Part shown: piece after piece, positions 25,483 through 38,410 of the stretch
How positions within the stretch are numbered: the stretch's first letter is position 1
Layout: each line of letters begins with the position of its first letter
Assembly: GCF_006345805.1 (NCBI RefSeq)
Contig: NC_042998.1
Span: 6,262,001-6,326,000, forward strand
Direction: 5' to 3'
DNA: 64,000 bases
DNA from: Octopus sinensis
Lineage: Eukaryota
Notes under the pieces: generated by a model
Databases searched by the model: none
What the model was told of the DNA's origin: nothing
The model's input: only the letters and a program-made list of their open reading frames with translations
Translations under genes and position numbers: made by a program

Positions 25483-26394
25483 ATGTGAATAAACATGCAT
25501 TAGATTTGGAAGAGTAATCTGAATGCTGGGGGGCTAAATCACATAAAACTGCCTTAAAAAAGAAAAGACACATTTGTTAATATAATTCTACATGCAGAGT
25601 CATTAGCACACAGGGCAAAAAATCCTCAGTAGAAGTTTGTCTGTCTTGATGTTTTGTGTTCAAATTCTGCTGACGTCAACTTTGACTATTAACCTCTAGA
25701 GATAAATAAAATAAGTGCCAGTGAAGCACTGAAGCCGATGTGGCCATCCCAACTAAGAAATCTCAGGCCTTGTGCCTATAGTAGAAAGTTTTGTTACAGG
25801 TGGTGAGGTGGCAGAACAGTTAGCATGTTGGACAAAAGGCTTAGTGGGATTTCTTTTGACTTTACAGTCTTGACTCACCCACTTCCATAAAATTTAAGGA
25901 TTTGTGTCTATAATGAATTCCAGGAAGTATATATGGATTTCAAGACTCTCATCAAAAGCAGTAATTTTTAATTTATCTTTCAAACAAGCACCAGTTTATA
26001 GTTTTACTTCAAATTTTTTTTTTAAAACTACCATTCGATATGTTATACAGAATTGAAATTTTATATCTCTGAAGAGCAGAAGTGTGCTCTATAAATGCTT
26101 ATCAATATAGGATTTGATTACAGAGACAATTCTTCTGTGAAACGATCGTAAGATGCTTTAAATAATTAATTCAAAACTTTTAAACTGTCATATACATTAT
26201 ATATTTATACTTATACAAATTTACATATATTTTCATACATATATGTATATTTATTTATTTATATATTTTTAATACAACAATTATTTTTCACATGTGTATA
26301 TCTTTCTGAGGAGTTTTGATATTGATTTCCTAATATTAATAATAATATACTATTAAAAAATATATGTGTATATAATCGCTCGTATTAAATATCA

Positions 26395-26557
26395 TCATCA
26401 TCATCATCATCATTTAGCATCTGTCTTCTATGCTAGCATGGGTTGGACGGTTCAACTGGGGTCTGGGAAGCCAGAAGGCTGCATCAGGCCCAGTCTGATC
26501 TGACAGTGTTTCTACGGCTGGATGCCCTTCCTAACGCCAACCACTCCGAGAGTGTAA
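26395..26557 (-). mobile_element. SINE S3 tail fragment
   Basis: (CAT)n plus reverse complement of S3 tail. Confidence 0.8.
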
Positions 26558-27610
26558 CTCAAATAGTATTAATACTTTGATACAACTGAGCACTCAATAT
26601 AAATTCAGTACATAATAGACTCATTGAATATATTTAACTAAAGATTTATAATGAATTCCATTCATAACGTTTTAGACAGGAGCTGGCAGAATTGTTAGCA
26701 TAGTGGACAAAATGCTAAACAGTATTTCTTTAGGATTTATGTTCTGAGTTCACACTCCACTGAGGTTGGAATTGCCATCCATCCTTTCCAGGTCAATAAA
26801 CTAATTACTAGTCAAGCACTGATGTCCATGTAACCAATCAATTAATCCCTACACACTAAAATAATTGGTATTGAATCAAAATTTGAAACCATTATTTTAC
26901 GAGTTGTAGGGATGCTTTTGATATTCAGGTATTCATGGAAATAGCTGATACAGATGATTTCATAGCTCGTCAGCAACTTATCAGCTTGCGAGCAAAAGTG
27001 ATTGTTAATAAAAACTTGGAAAACATGTGACAAAATTCTATATTTAGCTTAATTTGAAAATTACTTCCTCCTTCTCCATAATATCTAAAAGACATTTCTA
27101 ATGGAAAACATACATATACAAAAAAAAACAAATATGTACTGACACAGAATAATTACGTAAAATAACATTAGCTACAACAAAAATTGTAATCAATTTTTTC
27201 TCTTCAACATAGGTTTCATGAACACCTTCTATTACAAATTTTGGAACTCTCAAGTTGCTGACTTGATCAGAAACACAGTAAAATAATATTAATGCCAAAG
27301 CAATTACATCATAACAGAGCCATTCTCACCATTTAATAATACAGAAGGCTGTGAATTTCATTATAAATTTAAATTTATTTCATGAGGTGGAACTAGGTCA
27401 GGGAAAAGGTCGCTATTTTCAGATGAAAATTTCAACACCTTATGAAATAAATTTAAATTTAAAGTGAATTTTAAAAATTTGTGCATTATTAAATGCCTAC
27501 GATAGCTATTCCAGAATGCAGTTGCCTCCTTTTGTGAGTAAAAAAAAAACACATTTGATAATGAGCCAAAGTGAAATATGTATCTGGGTTCAGAATGAGA
27601 ACAAAACAAA

Positions 27611-27660
<50 letters not shown>

Positions 27661-27662
<2 letters not shown>

Positions 27663-28491
27663 TAAACAGTAAAATATAATTACAGACATGGACAAGAACA
27701 TGAAACACCACAGAGACGACACAAGAACCACAGGACGGGACATTCGAAGCCCTCAGTCATCAGTCAAGAACCAGATCATCTTAGCAATTTCGGCTGATTA
27801 ATGCCGAGATTGCTCCGATATGGCCAGCCCGCCAAGGGAAATCTAAGCCAAGCGCATTAGATACCCTGGAAGAAAGCTTCGAATGCATACAACACGAGGA
27901 CGGAAAACGAACGAAGTACACAAACAAAAATACAGAATACGTGACACCAATAAGAATACAAAAACGTAAAAATAATAACGGTAAAAATAAAAAATAAACA
28001 ACAAAACAAAACCAGGACGTAGGACAAGGGTCTTTCGACAGGACGAGTTGAGTATGGGGCTGGCTTGTGAAGTCGTGCCTAATGGCCGCGGGGAGACGAA
28101 CAAATACGTGTTGCTTCTGCGACTGCTGAAACGAAAACAGCGCTCAACAGCGGCTAGCGGTCACGTGAGAACAAAAGACAGGAGAAAGGGACAGATGAAA
28201 AGAGAGAGAAGGTGGACGAGGGAGGAGAAGAAAGAGACAGATCGAGGGGACTGGAGGTGAGAGAGATAGAGAAACGTAGAAGGGGGGGGGGGGGAGACGG
28301 ATGGAGAGGGAAAGAAAGGAAGGGGAATAAGGGAGGAGAGAGAGAGAGAAAAAGAGACAGATTAAGAGTCGTATCAATGCTAGAGAAAAAATATACTTAT
28401 CGTATAAGGACAATTGTGGATACGTAGCCGCCGATTATATAGGTAAACAGTAAAATATAATTACAGACATGGACAAGAACATGAAACACCA
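27661..28491. mobile_element. 831-bp element with 50-bp terminal direct repeats inserted in (TA)n; PLE- or retrozyme-like
   Basis: 27661-27710 identical to 28442-28491; (TA)n on both sides; no coding capacity. Confidence 0.7.
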
Positions 28492-28700
28492 TATATATAT
28501 ATATAAAAACAAGGTGATATTCAGCAGAAAACAATTTATATAAACAGTTTAAGGAACTCTTAATTGATGGAAAATGTTGCAGATGGAATATTTGGAATGA
28601 ACTCAAAAGAAAAACTCATACTGACAGGTCATACTATTCTTGGAATATATATCACACTTACATTTATATACATATAAACACACAATCATACACCCATATA

Positions 28701-28758
<58 letters not shown>

Positions 28759-29259
28759 AAGATATTATTATAAAAAATAATAATATAAGTATTTAAGTTG
28801 CTAGCAAGTATTAAAATAACCCAAAAGGTAAACTTATTAATATATAATCAAGGTACAAGATTGAACAAAGCTTGCTAGAGCCACTTGACTCCTATTTCTA
28901 GCAATGATGTGTACAATCTCATACACTGATTATGAATATATATATATATATATATACACATACATACATACACAAACATACATATATATACAAACATATT
29001 ATATATATGCACATACATGATAAACAAATGTAAACATCATATTTCTATATATATATTTACACACATACATATACACAGATTTTATATATCTCTATTTGTT
29101 TATCTATCTATCTATCTATCTATATATATATATATATATATAAACACACGCACACATGCAGGTAAGCGTACACACACACGCATTCATATATGTGTATACC
29201 TGCATATATATTTGTTGGTATGAGTGAATTTGCGTATGCGTGTGTAAATATATAAATAA

Positions 29260-29295
<36 letters not shown>

Positions 29296-29451
29296 ATATA
29301 AACTACAAGATAAAATTGAAAAGTCACTGTTTACAAGAAACCTAGTAAATTTAATATCCCTACATATCTCACATCTATTTTCTTTCCTCCACCTCATTCG
29401 CTATTTTGTATCCTATCTAAATTAATTATTACTTAACCATCCTCTCACACC

Positions 29452-29503
29452 TTCTCTGATGAAGGGATGTAATTAATACATATCCTGGAAACAGCTGTAA
29501 GAC
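29452..29503 (+). ncRNA. Minimal type-I hammerhead ribozyme, family A
   Basis: TCT-CTGATGA-[stem II AGGGATGT..ATATCCTG]-GAAAC-AGCT-GTA-AGA; canonical core and palindromic loop III. Confidence 0.75.
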
Positions 29504-29598
29504 ATTCTATTTATAAATATTCTAACATCTACACAGCCTTGGTTTTTTTATCTCATTACACAAAAAATTCTTACATATATATATAATATATATACACA

Positions 29599-30562
29599 CA
29601 GGGGTTGGACAAAATAAGGAAAACATCTTAAAATTTCAAATAAATTTGTTTTAATATGGAATAGAACTGCTTTGGCAGTAATTACAGCTTCAATTCTGCA
29701 AGGTATGGACTCGTACAAAGCTTGAATTGTTTCCAAAGGAATTTTTGTCAATTCTCCAGCTAAAACAGTCTCCAGTTCTTGAAGAGATGATGGTGGAGGT
29801 TATCGACTCCTTACTTGTTTTTCTAAAATGCACCATGAATCATCATCGTTTAGCGTCCGCCCTCCATGTTAGCATGGGTTGGACAGTTCAACTGGGGTCT
29901 GGGAAGCCAGAAGGCTGCATCAGGCCCGGTCTGATCTGGCAATGTTTCTACGGCTGGATGCCCTTCCTAACACCAATCACTCCGTGAGTGTAGTGGGTGC
30001 TTTTACGTGCGAGACGAGGCTGGCAAATGGCCATGATCGGATGGTGCTTTTTACGTGCCACCAGCACGAGGCCAGTCAGGGTGGTGCAGGCAACGGCCAC
30101 GTTCGAATGGTTCTTTTACGTACCACTGGCACTGGTATCACAGTTGCAATTTCCATTGATATTGATCGATTTCAATTTTCACTTCCCTCAACAGGTCTTC
30201 ACAAGTAGAGTCTTGAGTCCCAAGAAGGAAAGGTATGCATAAGTGGACAGGCTACATTCCAGGTAGAGTCCACGGTTCAATAATATTGAGATCTGGGGCC
30301 AGTGATGGCCAGATAAGATGATCAACTTCACTAGAATGTTCCTCGTGCCATTCAGTAACAACTTTAGATGTGTGAATTGGTGCACTATCATCCTGAAAGA
30401 TTGCGTTTCCCTCCGGAAACATTCCCGCAAATATGGGATGAATCTAATCAAAGAAAATGCTTAAATAATCTTGACAATTAATTTTGCCAAGAAGGGAAAC
30501 CATTGGGCCGGCGGATTTCCAAGATATAGCTCCCCCATCCAGATCATCACACATCCTCCTGG
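29599..30562 (-). mobile_element. Tc1-family transposon remnant with DD36E spacing, interrupted by SINE S3
   Basis: GAISWKSAGPM..QDYL..FQDDSAPIHTSK..WPSLAPDLNIIEP|WCILEKQVRSR..LYESIPCRIEAVITAK; TIR CAGGGGTTGGACAAAATAAGGAAAACA at 29599. Confidence 0.9.
29837..30272 (-). mobile_element. SINE S3 nested in the Tc1 remnant
   Basis: Splits the transposase right after IIEP. Confidence 0.85.
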
Positions 30563-30960
30563 TAGTCCAGCATGGCCACAGTCAAATGACAAATAAGTAA
30601 AAGAATGAAAGAATATATATACATATACACATGTACACACACACACACACACGCACACAAATAACTGTATATAATGACAATATCTGTATACACATTTATA
30701 GTTTTGCTTGCGTGTATTTTTATGCATATGAGCACATGTATGTATAATTATATTTGTGAACTTGTGTGCGAGTGCATGTTTATATACAGATATGTACAGA
30801 TACATCTATCTTTATGCATGCCCATGGGTGAATTTATATATGCCTGAATGCACATTTTATCAGTGCGTGTACCTATATATGTGTGCACACATACACACGC
30901 ATTTATCTCTACATGATTATATGTGTATGCATAAGCGAAACCATTTTTCTGTATATGACC

Positions 30961-31380
30961 ATACCTATTTCTGTACTACCCACAAGGGGCTAAAAACAAA
31001 AGGAACAAACAAGGACAAACAAACAGATTAAGTTGATTATATCGACCCCAGTGCGTAACTGGAACTTATTTAATCAACCACGAAAGGATGAAAGGCAAAG
31101 TCAACCGTGGCGGAATTTGAACTCAGAACGTAGCGGCAGACAAAATAGCTATTTCTTTATTACCCACAAGGGGTTAAACACAAAAGGGACAAACAAGGAC
31201 AAACAAACATATTAAGTTGATTATATCGACCCCAATGCGTAACTGGTACTTATCTAATCGACCCCGAAAGGATGAAAGGCAAAGTCAACCTCGGCGGAAT
31301 TTGAACTCAGAACGTAGCGGCAGAGGAAATACCGCCAAGCATTTTGCCCAGCTTGCTAACAATTCTGCCAGCTCAACGCC
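30961..31380 (-). mobile_element. Dimeric SINE S2
   Basis: Full monomer plus 5'-truncated second monomer, junction near 31145. Confidence 0.85.
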
Positions 31381-31446
31381 CTACCTTCATATGCATGGTA
31401 CTTGCTAGTTAGAGGAGGGACATATTTAAGTCACTATGTACGTATA

Positions 31447-31660
31447 CTCTCTCTCTTTTACTCTTTTACATGTTTGTCATTTGACTGCGGCCATGCTGGA
31501 GCACTGCCTTTAATCGAGCAACTCGACCCCGGGACTTGTTCTTTTGTAAGCCCAGTACTTATTCTATCGGTCTCTTTTGCCGAACCGCTAAGTAACGGGG
31601 ACATAAACACACCAGCATCGGTTGTCAAGCAATGCTAGGGGGACAAACACAGACACACAT

Positions 31661-31741
<81 letters not shown>

Positions 31742-31907
31742 TACGACGGGCTTCTTTCAGTTTCCGTCTACCAAATCCACTCACAAGGCTTTGGTCGACC
31801 CGAGGCTATAGCAGAAGACACTTGCCCAAGGTGCCACGCAGTGGGACTGAACCCGGAACCATGTGGTTGGTAAACAAGCTACTTACCACACAGCCACTCC
31901 GGCGCCT
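31447..31907 (-). mobile_element. SINE S1 with expanded internal (TA)n
   Basis: Reverse complement of S1. Confidence 0.9.
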
Positions 31908-32032
31908 ATCTGTAGGTAGATGTATGCATACATTTCTTAGCATGCGTGCATAACTATATGAGACAAGTAGGTGGGGGGGCGCGCGAATGCATGGTGCATG
32001 CGAGTTAGAAGAGGGACGTGTTCATGTCAGTA

Positions 32033-32066
<34 letters not shown>

Positions 32067-32880
32067 TATAATCTACAAGATAAAAGTCACTGTTTACAAG
32101 AAAACAACTGAAAAGGATATAAAAGTAGAAACCAAACAATCACCGACCAAGCAAACAGATTTATGAAACGCAAACACTACACAAATCATTGTCAACACGG
32201 CCACGTTGAGGAGACAAGAAGGAAGGGGTGGAGGAAGAGGAGGAGGAGAGGATCAAAGCAAACAAAACAAAACAAAAATAATATTTACAGCTGTCATCGT
32301 AACATAATACTATTGCAAAGTTTGTGTCATGTGTCATTCTCAAGCCAAAACAAAAAAAACAAGTAAAATGAAATAAAAATATACTTTATGCTAATTCGTA
32401 TCAACAGCCATAAGATGAAGCTCATCATTATTATTATTTACTATATTTTTTTTTGGGGGGGGGCTTCTTTTATTTTGCATTTCTTTAATCACTACTTCTC
32501 TGTTGGAAAGGGTGAGGATTTGATTATTAAGATTGTGTTTTTTTTTTTTTTGTTTTTCGTTTTTTTTTTTTTTTTGTTTTTTTTTTATCTCTTGTCCCAC
32601 CCATAAAAACCTAAAAGTCTTTTTTATAAAAGTCTTTTTTATCTTCTATTACCATTCCTTTCATTTTGAATCTGCGTCTCACTGCACTTATGACACTTTG
32701 AAATCAAGGCTTTCATTTTTCCGATTGTTCTTCTTATTAATGTTGCCATTGTTGCTGTTTCATTTTCTTCAGGAATAGAAGATAAATGACAAAATATCAT
32801 AGAAAAATTTAACTGAATTAGAATTCTACAGATTAGAAAAACTACATGAATAAATAAAAGATGTATGTGTGTACATATGC

Positions 32881-32912
<32 letters not shown>

Positions 32913-32989
32913 TTGCATGTGTGTATAGATGAATAGATAGATACAGATATATATACACATACACACACATGTGAGTGTATACATGTATC

Positions 32990-33328
32990 TGAGACCCCCT
33001 TCGGTCACAACACAGACCATGAGATTGCACCTAGAAAGTTACCCTCCCAGGCACAAGTCTGGGCAAGGTTGTTTATAGAAGACCAGCAGTCACCTATGCA
33101 TAACGGCCTCCCCTCTCCATGCCACCAGTGTTATCCAAGGGAAAGACAAAGGTCGATACAGCATGGCACCTGTGACGTCGCAACTCATTTCTACAGCTGA
33201 GTGAACTGGAGCAACGTGAAATAAAGTATCTTGCTCAAGAACACAACACGCAGCCCGGTCCGGGATTCGAGCTCACAACCTCATGATTGTAAGCTCGACG
33301 CTCTAACCACTGAGCCATGTGCCTTCAC
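32990..33328 (-). mobile_element. tRNA-derived SINE family S4
   Basis: Head GGCTCAGTGGTTAGAGCG..CGAATCCCGG; second copy at ~62258-62548. Confidence 0.8.
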
Positions 33329-33374
33329 TCAGTACATATATACATACACAATTTTCATATAGTAAGGTTCAGAT

Positions 33375-33671
33375 CAGTGGTTCTCAACATATTTCACCTT
33401 CGGGCCCACATTTTGTGATAAAAACATCCCAGGCCCTCTAAGCTCTAAACCAGTTTCTTTCAGTTGCACTATAAATCCATTGTGTCTACCTGCCATTGCA
33501 TTTGCCCCAAAAGTCGCAATTTGCAGCAGATTCAACAGCAAATTGAATGCTAAGAACAGCTTGTTTCCAATCCAGAAAGTTTCCAGGCCCCTCTCAAAAT
33601 TTTCCCAAGCGCCCTCAAATTTTTCTCAGGCCCACTCACAATTTTCCCAGGCCCAATGTTGAGAACCACTG
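33375..33671. mobile_element. hAT (Charlie-like) MITE
   Basis: TIR CAGTGGTTCTCAAC / GTTGAGAACCACTG; 8-bp TSD GTTCAGAT / GTTTAGAT. Confidence 0.9.
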
Positions 33672-34596
33672 GTTTAGATGGTAATATGGAAAGAAAAGCT
33701 ACAAAGAAAATAAGAAGGCAACTCAGTAAAAGCAAAATTATCAACAATATACATAGAATATGATCAGTCAGCCTGCTAGACACATCAGCCAAATTTCCTT
33801 CAGATCACACAGTCACTTAAATAAGGGAGGGCATGTCAGTTGATGCACTCTGAGAGGAATCATGCAAGAAAAAAAGGATGGAATTACATTTGCAATGCCA
33901 ACTTTTTTTGTTCTTTTATTTGTTTCAGTGATTTGACTGTGGCCATGCTGGAGCACTGCCTCTAGTTGAACAAATCGACCCCAGCACTTCTTCTTTATGA
34001 GCCTAACACTTATTTCATCTGTCTCTTTTGCTGAACTACTAAGTTATGGGGACGTAAACACACCAACTTTTGTTGTCAAGTGATGGGTGGGGGGGACACA
34101 GGCACACAACCCCACACACACATATTTTTTTAACCCCACCAAGGAAGTTATGTTTTTGCCAACGTTGGTTTAGGAAATTGGGTGATTTTCAGCATGCGTG
34201 TATATGGGTGAAAATGAGCTGCTTGGCGGAGTGCCTTTCTAGTTTTTTTTATTTTTATTTCATTCCCTACTACCATCTGCTTTCCAATAACATAGTGCCA
34301 TTTCCACTCTTTACAAAGATTCAGGATTCCATCGTGACCCTGACAGAGTGGGTAATGGGTGCTATGCCTTGCCAAAGAGCTACCCATGATTTTGTCCAGT
34401 ATTTGCAGCTAATATATATGAAAGATTTTCGTATCCAGAAAATCCAAAAGGAAGGTAATGCTATGTAAGTGCTACGGAAGAACCAATGTTAGACTCTTGG
34501 TTCTATAATAGTATCAGGGAGGAGTCTAACACAGGTTGTGTGTGAGCATCTGTAGGTAAAAAAAAGCAAAGCAGTGTGAAATTTCTGGGACATTTT

Positions 34597-34772
34597 ATAA
34601 AGAGAAGGGTAGTCTAACGGCTGTTTCAGGGATATAAAAGGTATCTCATCATTAGAGATGATATGAGAGAGTTAAATAGAAGGAAATTTAACTCTAACTC
34701 TCTCATATCGTCTCCGAGGATAATATATCTTTTATATCCCTGAAACAGCTGTAAGACTACCCTTCTTTTTAT
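34597..34772. mobile_element. Palindromic family-A hammerhead element, both cores damaged
   Basis: Arms carry ATATCCCTGAAACAGCTGTAAGAC and its reverse complement; followed by (TA)n. Confidence 0.75.
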
Positions 34773-34812
34773 TCACAATGCCTTGGCTTTGTTGTATCAT
34801 TTTATTTCACAC

Positions 34813-34851
<39 letters not shown>

Positions 34852-35549
34852 ATTCCCCTTTCTAGAAACTGGGGACCCAATGGATGGGAGTTTTCATCAC
34901 GTGTACTGCATAAATTTCATCCATCACCCAGTTTAACATAACTACCTGGCCATTTGGTTCCTTTTGGGAGCTCACTCTTTTGCAATCATTCAGACCAGCT
35001 CTCTGGTTTGTAGCTACTTCCTTCCCTCCAACTGAAAAAAGGTCACATGTGCTGCCCCTTTCATTCTAACTGAGCAATAAAATAAAATTAGCTTCCGAGA
35101 ATCATTTATGAGAAATGGTGATGTTGAGAAGCAGGGAGAAGACAAAAAAACTTTCAAATTCATTAGGAAAATCGATTTAAAAAAAAAAATGAATTACATC
35201 AAAACTATGAAACGATAAATTCAAACATATTTTTCCAAAAATAAATCAACGTCAACTAATGATATTGCATTAATTACATACATGAAAATATTTAAAGAGT
35301 AATTAATATGGATATCAAACAAGTTAAAAGAAATGCTATATTCAGCATTTATGTTTTTGATTAAATAGCTAAGAATTCTGCATCACACAACCCCACTTGT
35401 CTACATTATGTTCAATATTAATGGAACAAGATATCTTAAATCATTAAAGTAGCTAAACAGATCATTAGAGTAGAGGTTAGTGGGTACTGATCGGCATTCT
35501 TTCCATTTGAAGTATTATAATAACAACAGCAACAACAACAACACTAATG

Positions 35550-35582
<33 letters not shown>

Positions 35583-35959
35583 GGAAATACAAGCTAACTA
35601 AATGAAAGCTATAATTATGTAATCATAAATAATTGTTTTCAATAGAGATTTTGAATCTCACGATATGTAGAGGTTTGGCACACAAGTAAACAGAAACAAA
35701 ATAAGAAGACGGAACTTGCTTTTTACAGAAATTATGATGTTTGCAAAGAGAGTGCAATTACATCACTTCACAATGAGAGTTGTATTTATTTACTCATTTT
35801 AACCATCTATGAAGAGCTGGTGGGCCATCACAAACCGGAAAGGGAATTCAGTATTTCTTATGTAACAACAAAATGGGCTTAAGAAGCAAAGGGGTAGAAA
35901 GACAGCTAAGGAATAATTAATTACTTTTGCCAGTAGTAGTTGACAGTTTTTCTTATAAA

Positions 35960-36240
35960 TGTGACAGGATTAGCAGGGACGGTTGTTACTCTGAAAATAT
36001 AGCAGGGTGGAAAAATGTTCAGGGTGCCATTACTGCCACAGCTACTGCTAACAAGGGTCTTTTGTCTTGAAATGAAGGGAAATTGTATGATGTTTGTATT
36101 AGAACTGCAATGCTATACAGTAACAAGGCGCTGACCTTCAATGCTGAAGATGAGAAAAATGGAAATAAATGAAGTGACCAAGATCCAGTGGATGGGCAGT
36201 GTAAATATGCATCAATAAACTGGTACAAAGATGCAATTTC
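35960..36240 (+). mobile_element. Decayed RTE LINE fragment
   Basis: Across frameshifts: LANKGL..MKGKLYDVCIRTAMLYS..EDEK. Confidence 0.65.
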
Positions 36241-36969
36241 CACAGACTAGACACATTATTTTTCTGCCCTCATAATTTCTACCCACCTCATAATTTAAGG
36301 GTCCACACACAAATGCTTCATCTGCAACACTATCTTTGTCTCCTCCCAATTCAATCTTGATCACACACCCTGACCTCTATCCTATAGTATGAGTAGTCAT
36401 GTGGCCCTTCTGCCTCTTCTCTCAAACATTACTTTTGCATCTCCAAGGTTCATAATCTTGAAAGCTGTGTGGTGGCCTCACTAGTGCTGGCCATACAAAA
36501 AGAACACCTAGTACATACCATAAAATGGAAGGTATTAGGAAGGGCATCCAGCCATAGATATGCCAAGTAGACATTCAAGTATGATGCTGCCTTTGGAATT
36601 CCTATTAAACAATCCATCCCAGGCCAACATGGAACAAGGACCATAAATAATGATTATGATGATCTCAATTTGTTGAGATAGTATGGTACAAATTGAAGAT
36701 TTAGCTGGGGTTTTTTTTTTTCTAGCAGGTAGAGTGACCACTTAGAGATTCACTCCTTAGTGAGTATAAAGAATTTGCCGATTTAGATGTTATTTCTTAG
36801 CAGGTAGAATGGCTACTTAGAGACTCACTCATTGGCTCTGTGATAAACATTACAGATGCATTTAAGCAAGTATATAACCAAAAAAGAAATAATTCCTCCA
36901 TCTTCTTGAGAAGGCAACATATCTGGTTATTGTTTTCTATCATGTATGAAAATTATATAACCATACTGT

Positions 36970-37205
36970 CATGTGTGTACGCACACATATGTACATATGT
37001 GTGTGTATGTTTGTATATCTATGTATACACACACATACACACACACACACACACACGATGTATACACACACATATGTATACATACACATATACATACACA
37101 CAAACACACCCAAATATATGCATACATATACATATACAGATATATACATATGCATACATGTGAATATACATGCACACACACACACTTGCATTCATACACC
37201 CATAG
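36970..37205. repeat. Compound (CA/TA/TG)n microsatellite
   Basis: Direct inspection. Confidence 0.95.
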
Positions 37206-37659
37206 ATATAAATGTTTGCTTTGTAATAATAGCATTATTCAAAATATTGTGATAACATATAGCTATTGTTTATCATTGTTTTCAATGTATGTTGTTACTA
37301 TTCGCTTGCTCATTTACTGTAAAATTCCAAATGTAATAAACACAGTTTTTTGTTTTTTAATGTTTTTTCCACAAATATTAAAATATTAAAATTAAGGGTG
37401 CATATAGCAAAGGTATTAGTTGAAAATTTTCCCCCCACCTCATTTCATAAAAAAAAATATCAATATAATAAAGCTGTATAAGTTTTTAGATAATAACTTC
37501 TGTTATTTTATATTAATTCATTTCATACAAAATAAAATATTAGAAGTTAATATATTGGATTTTAAGGAAGAGCATTGGCTAAGTTGCAACACCATGGATT
37601 GGGTTGCTTTGTGATAATTGTTCTGGCTCCCTATGCTCTGAGTTCAAATCCTGTCAGGG

Positions 37660-37806
37660 TACTTGTACTTGTGACGGCATTCACCCAGTGCGAGTTGAGC
37701 CGGCTTCTTCTCTGGTCCTAAACAGCATCACGAACCATGGCAGCCCACGCTCGACAGTTCCGAGCAAGGTCACTGGAGATAGCGAGCCATTCGCGGTTCC
37801 ATCTGT
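37660..37806 (-). mobile_element. RTE LINE 3' terminus with (CAAGTA)n tail, inserted in an S2 SINE (~37635-37915)
   Basis: Reads ..RAWAAMVRDAV..AGSTRTG*MPSQVQV with tail CAAGTACAAGTA. Confidence 0.75.
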
Positions 37807-37929
37807 GATAAATTAAATACCAGTTACACACTGGGTCGATGTAATCAACTTAATCCCTTTGTCTGTCCTTATTTGTCCTCTCGATGTTTAGCCCTTTGTG
37901 GGCAATAAAGAAATAAGCTTTTGGTTTGT

Positions 37930-38410
37930 TTAATGTATTCTACTAGAGTGTCATAAATGGAGTTTGAGTGTGACATCTTCCGAGGTGTACATTGCCACCA
38001 TGAGTTCTTTCTCTCATGTGTGTTCAAAATACACGATTCTTTGGTATGTCTACCTCAACATTTGATACGTTAGCATTCCATGTGTTTCTGTAAGTGCCAT
38101 GCATATTGCTTCATTATATGCAATCACATTTTTCAGGTATGGGGTTTTGTGTTAGTCGGATATTACAAGTTCCCTGACATTCGGCAAGCATACTGGTGTG
38201 ACATATAGGAAATCAGTAGTAGCTATTGGTTTGACATTTGTAGAGGCATCTGAGTGTCCACCTTGGACCTTTAGTTGTTTGCAGTGCTCAATGTCTGAAA
38301 GGATCCAAAATGGTTACCTTACAATCCTCTCTGCTGTCTTCACTGCATCTACATACTTTTTCCTCTTTGGAGCAGTGCAAGTAGCATCCACATATTTCCT
38401 AACCATATTT
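37930..38410 (-). mobile_element. Decayed LINE, N-terminal endonuclease region
   Basis: TPYLKNVI..ICMALTETH[W]NANVSNVEVDIPK..RERTHGG, matching APE LtETw..Ev.Ip.y...R...GG. Confidence 0.65.

Noticed and set aside
26919-27280. Plus-strand exon-like segments (VFMEIADTDD..., GFMNTFYYKFW...)
   Set aside because: Both strands give protein-looking frames, no homology is recognised, and such AG/GT matches are frequent by chance in AT-rich DNA.
27731-27770. CTGATGA on the minus strand as a hammerhead core
   Set aside because: No viable stem II, and GAAT instead of GAAA.
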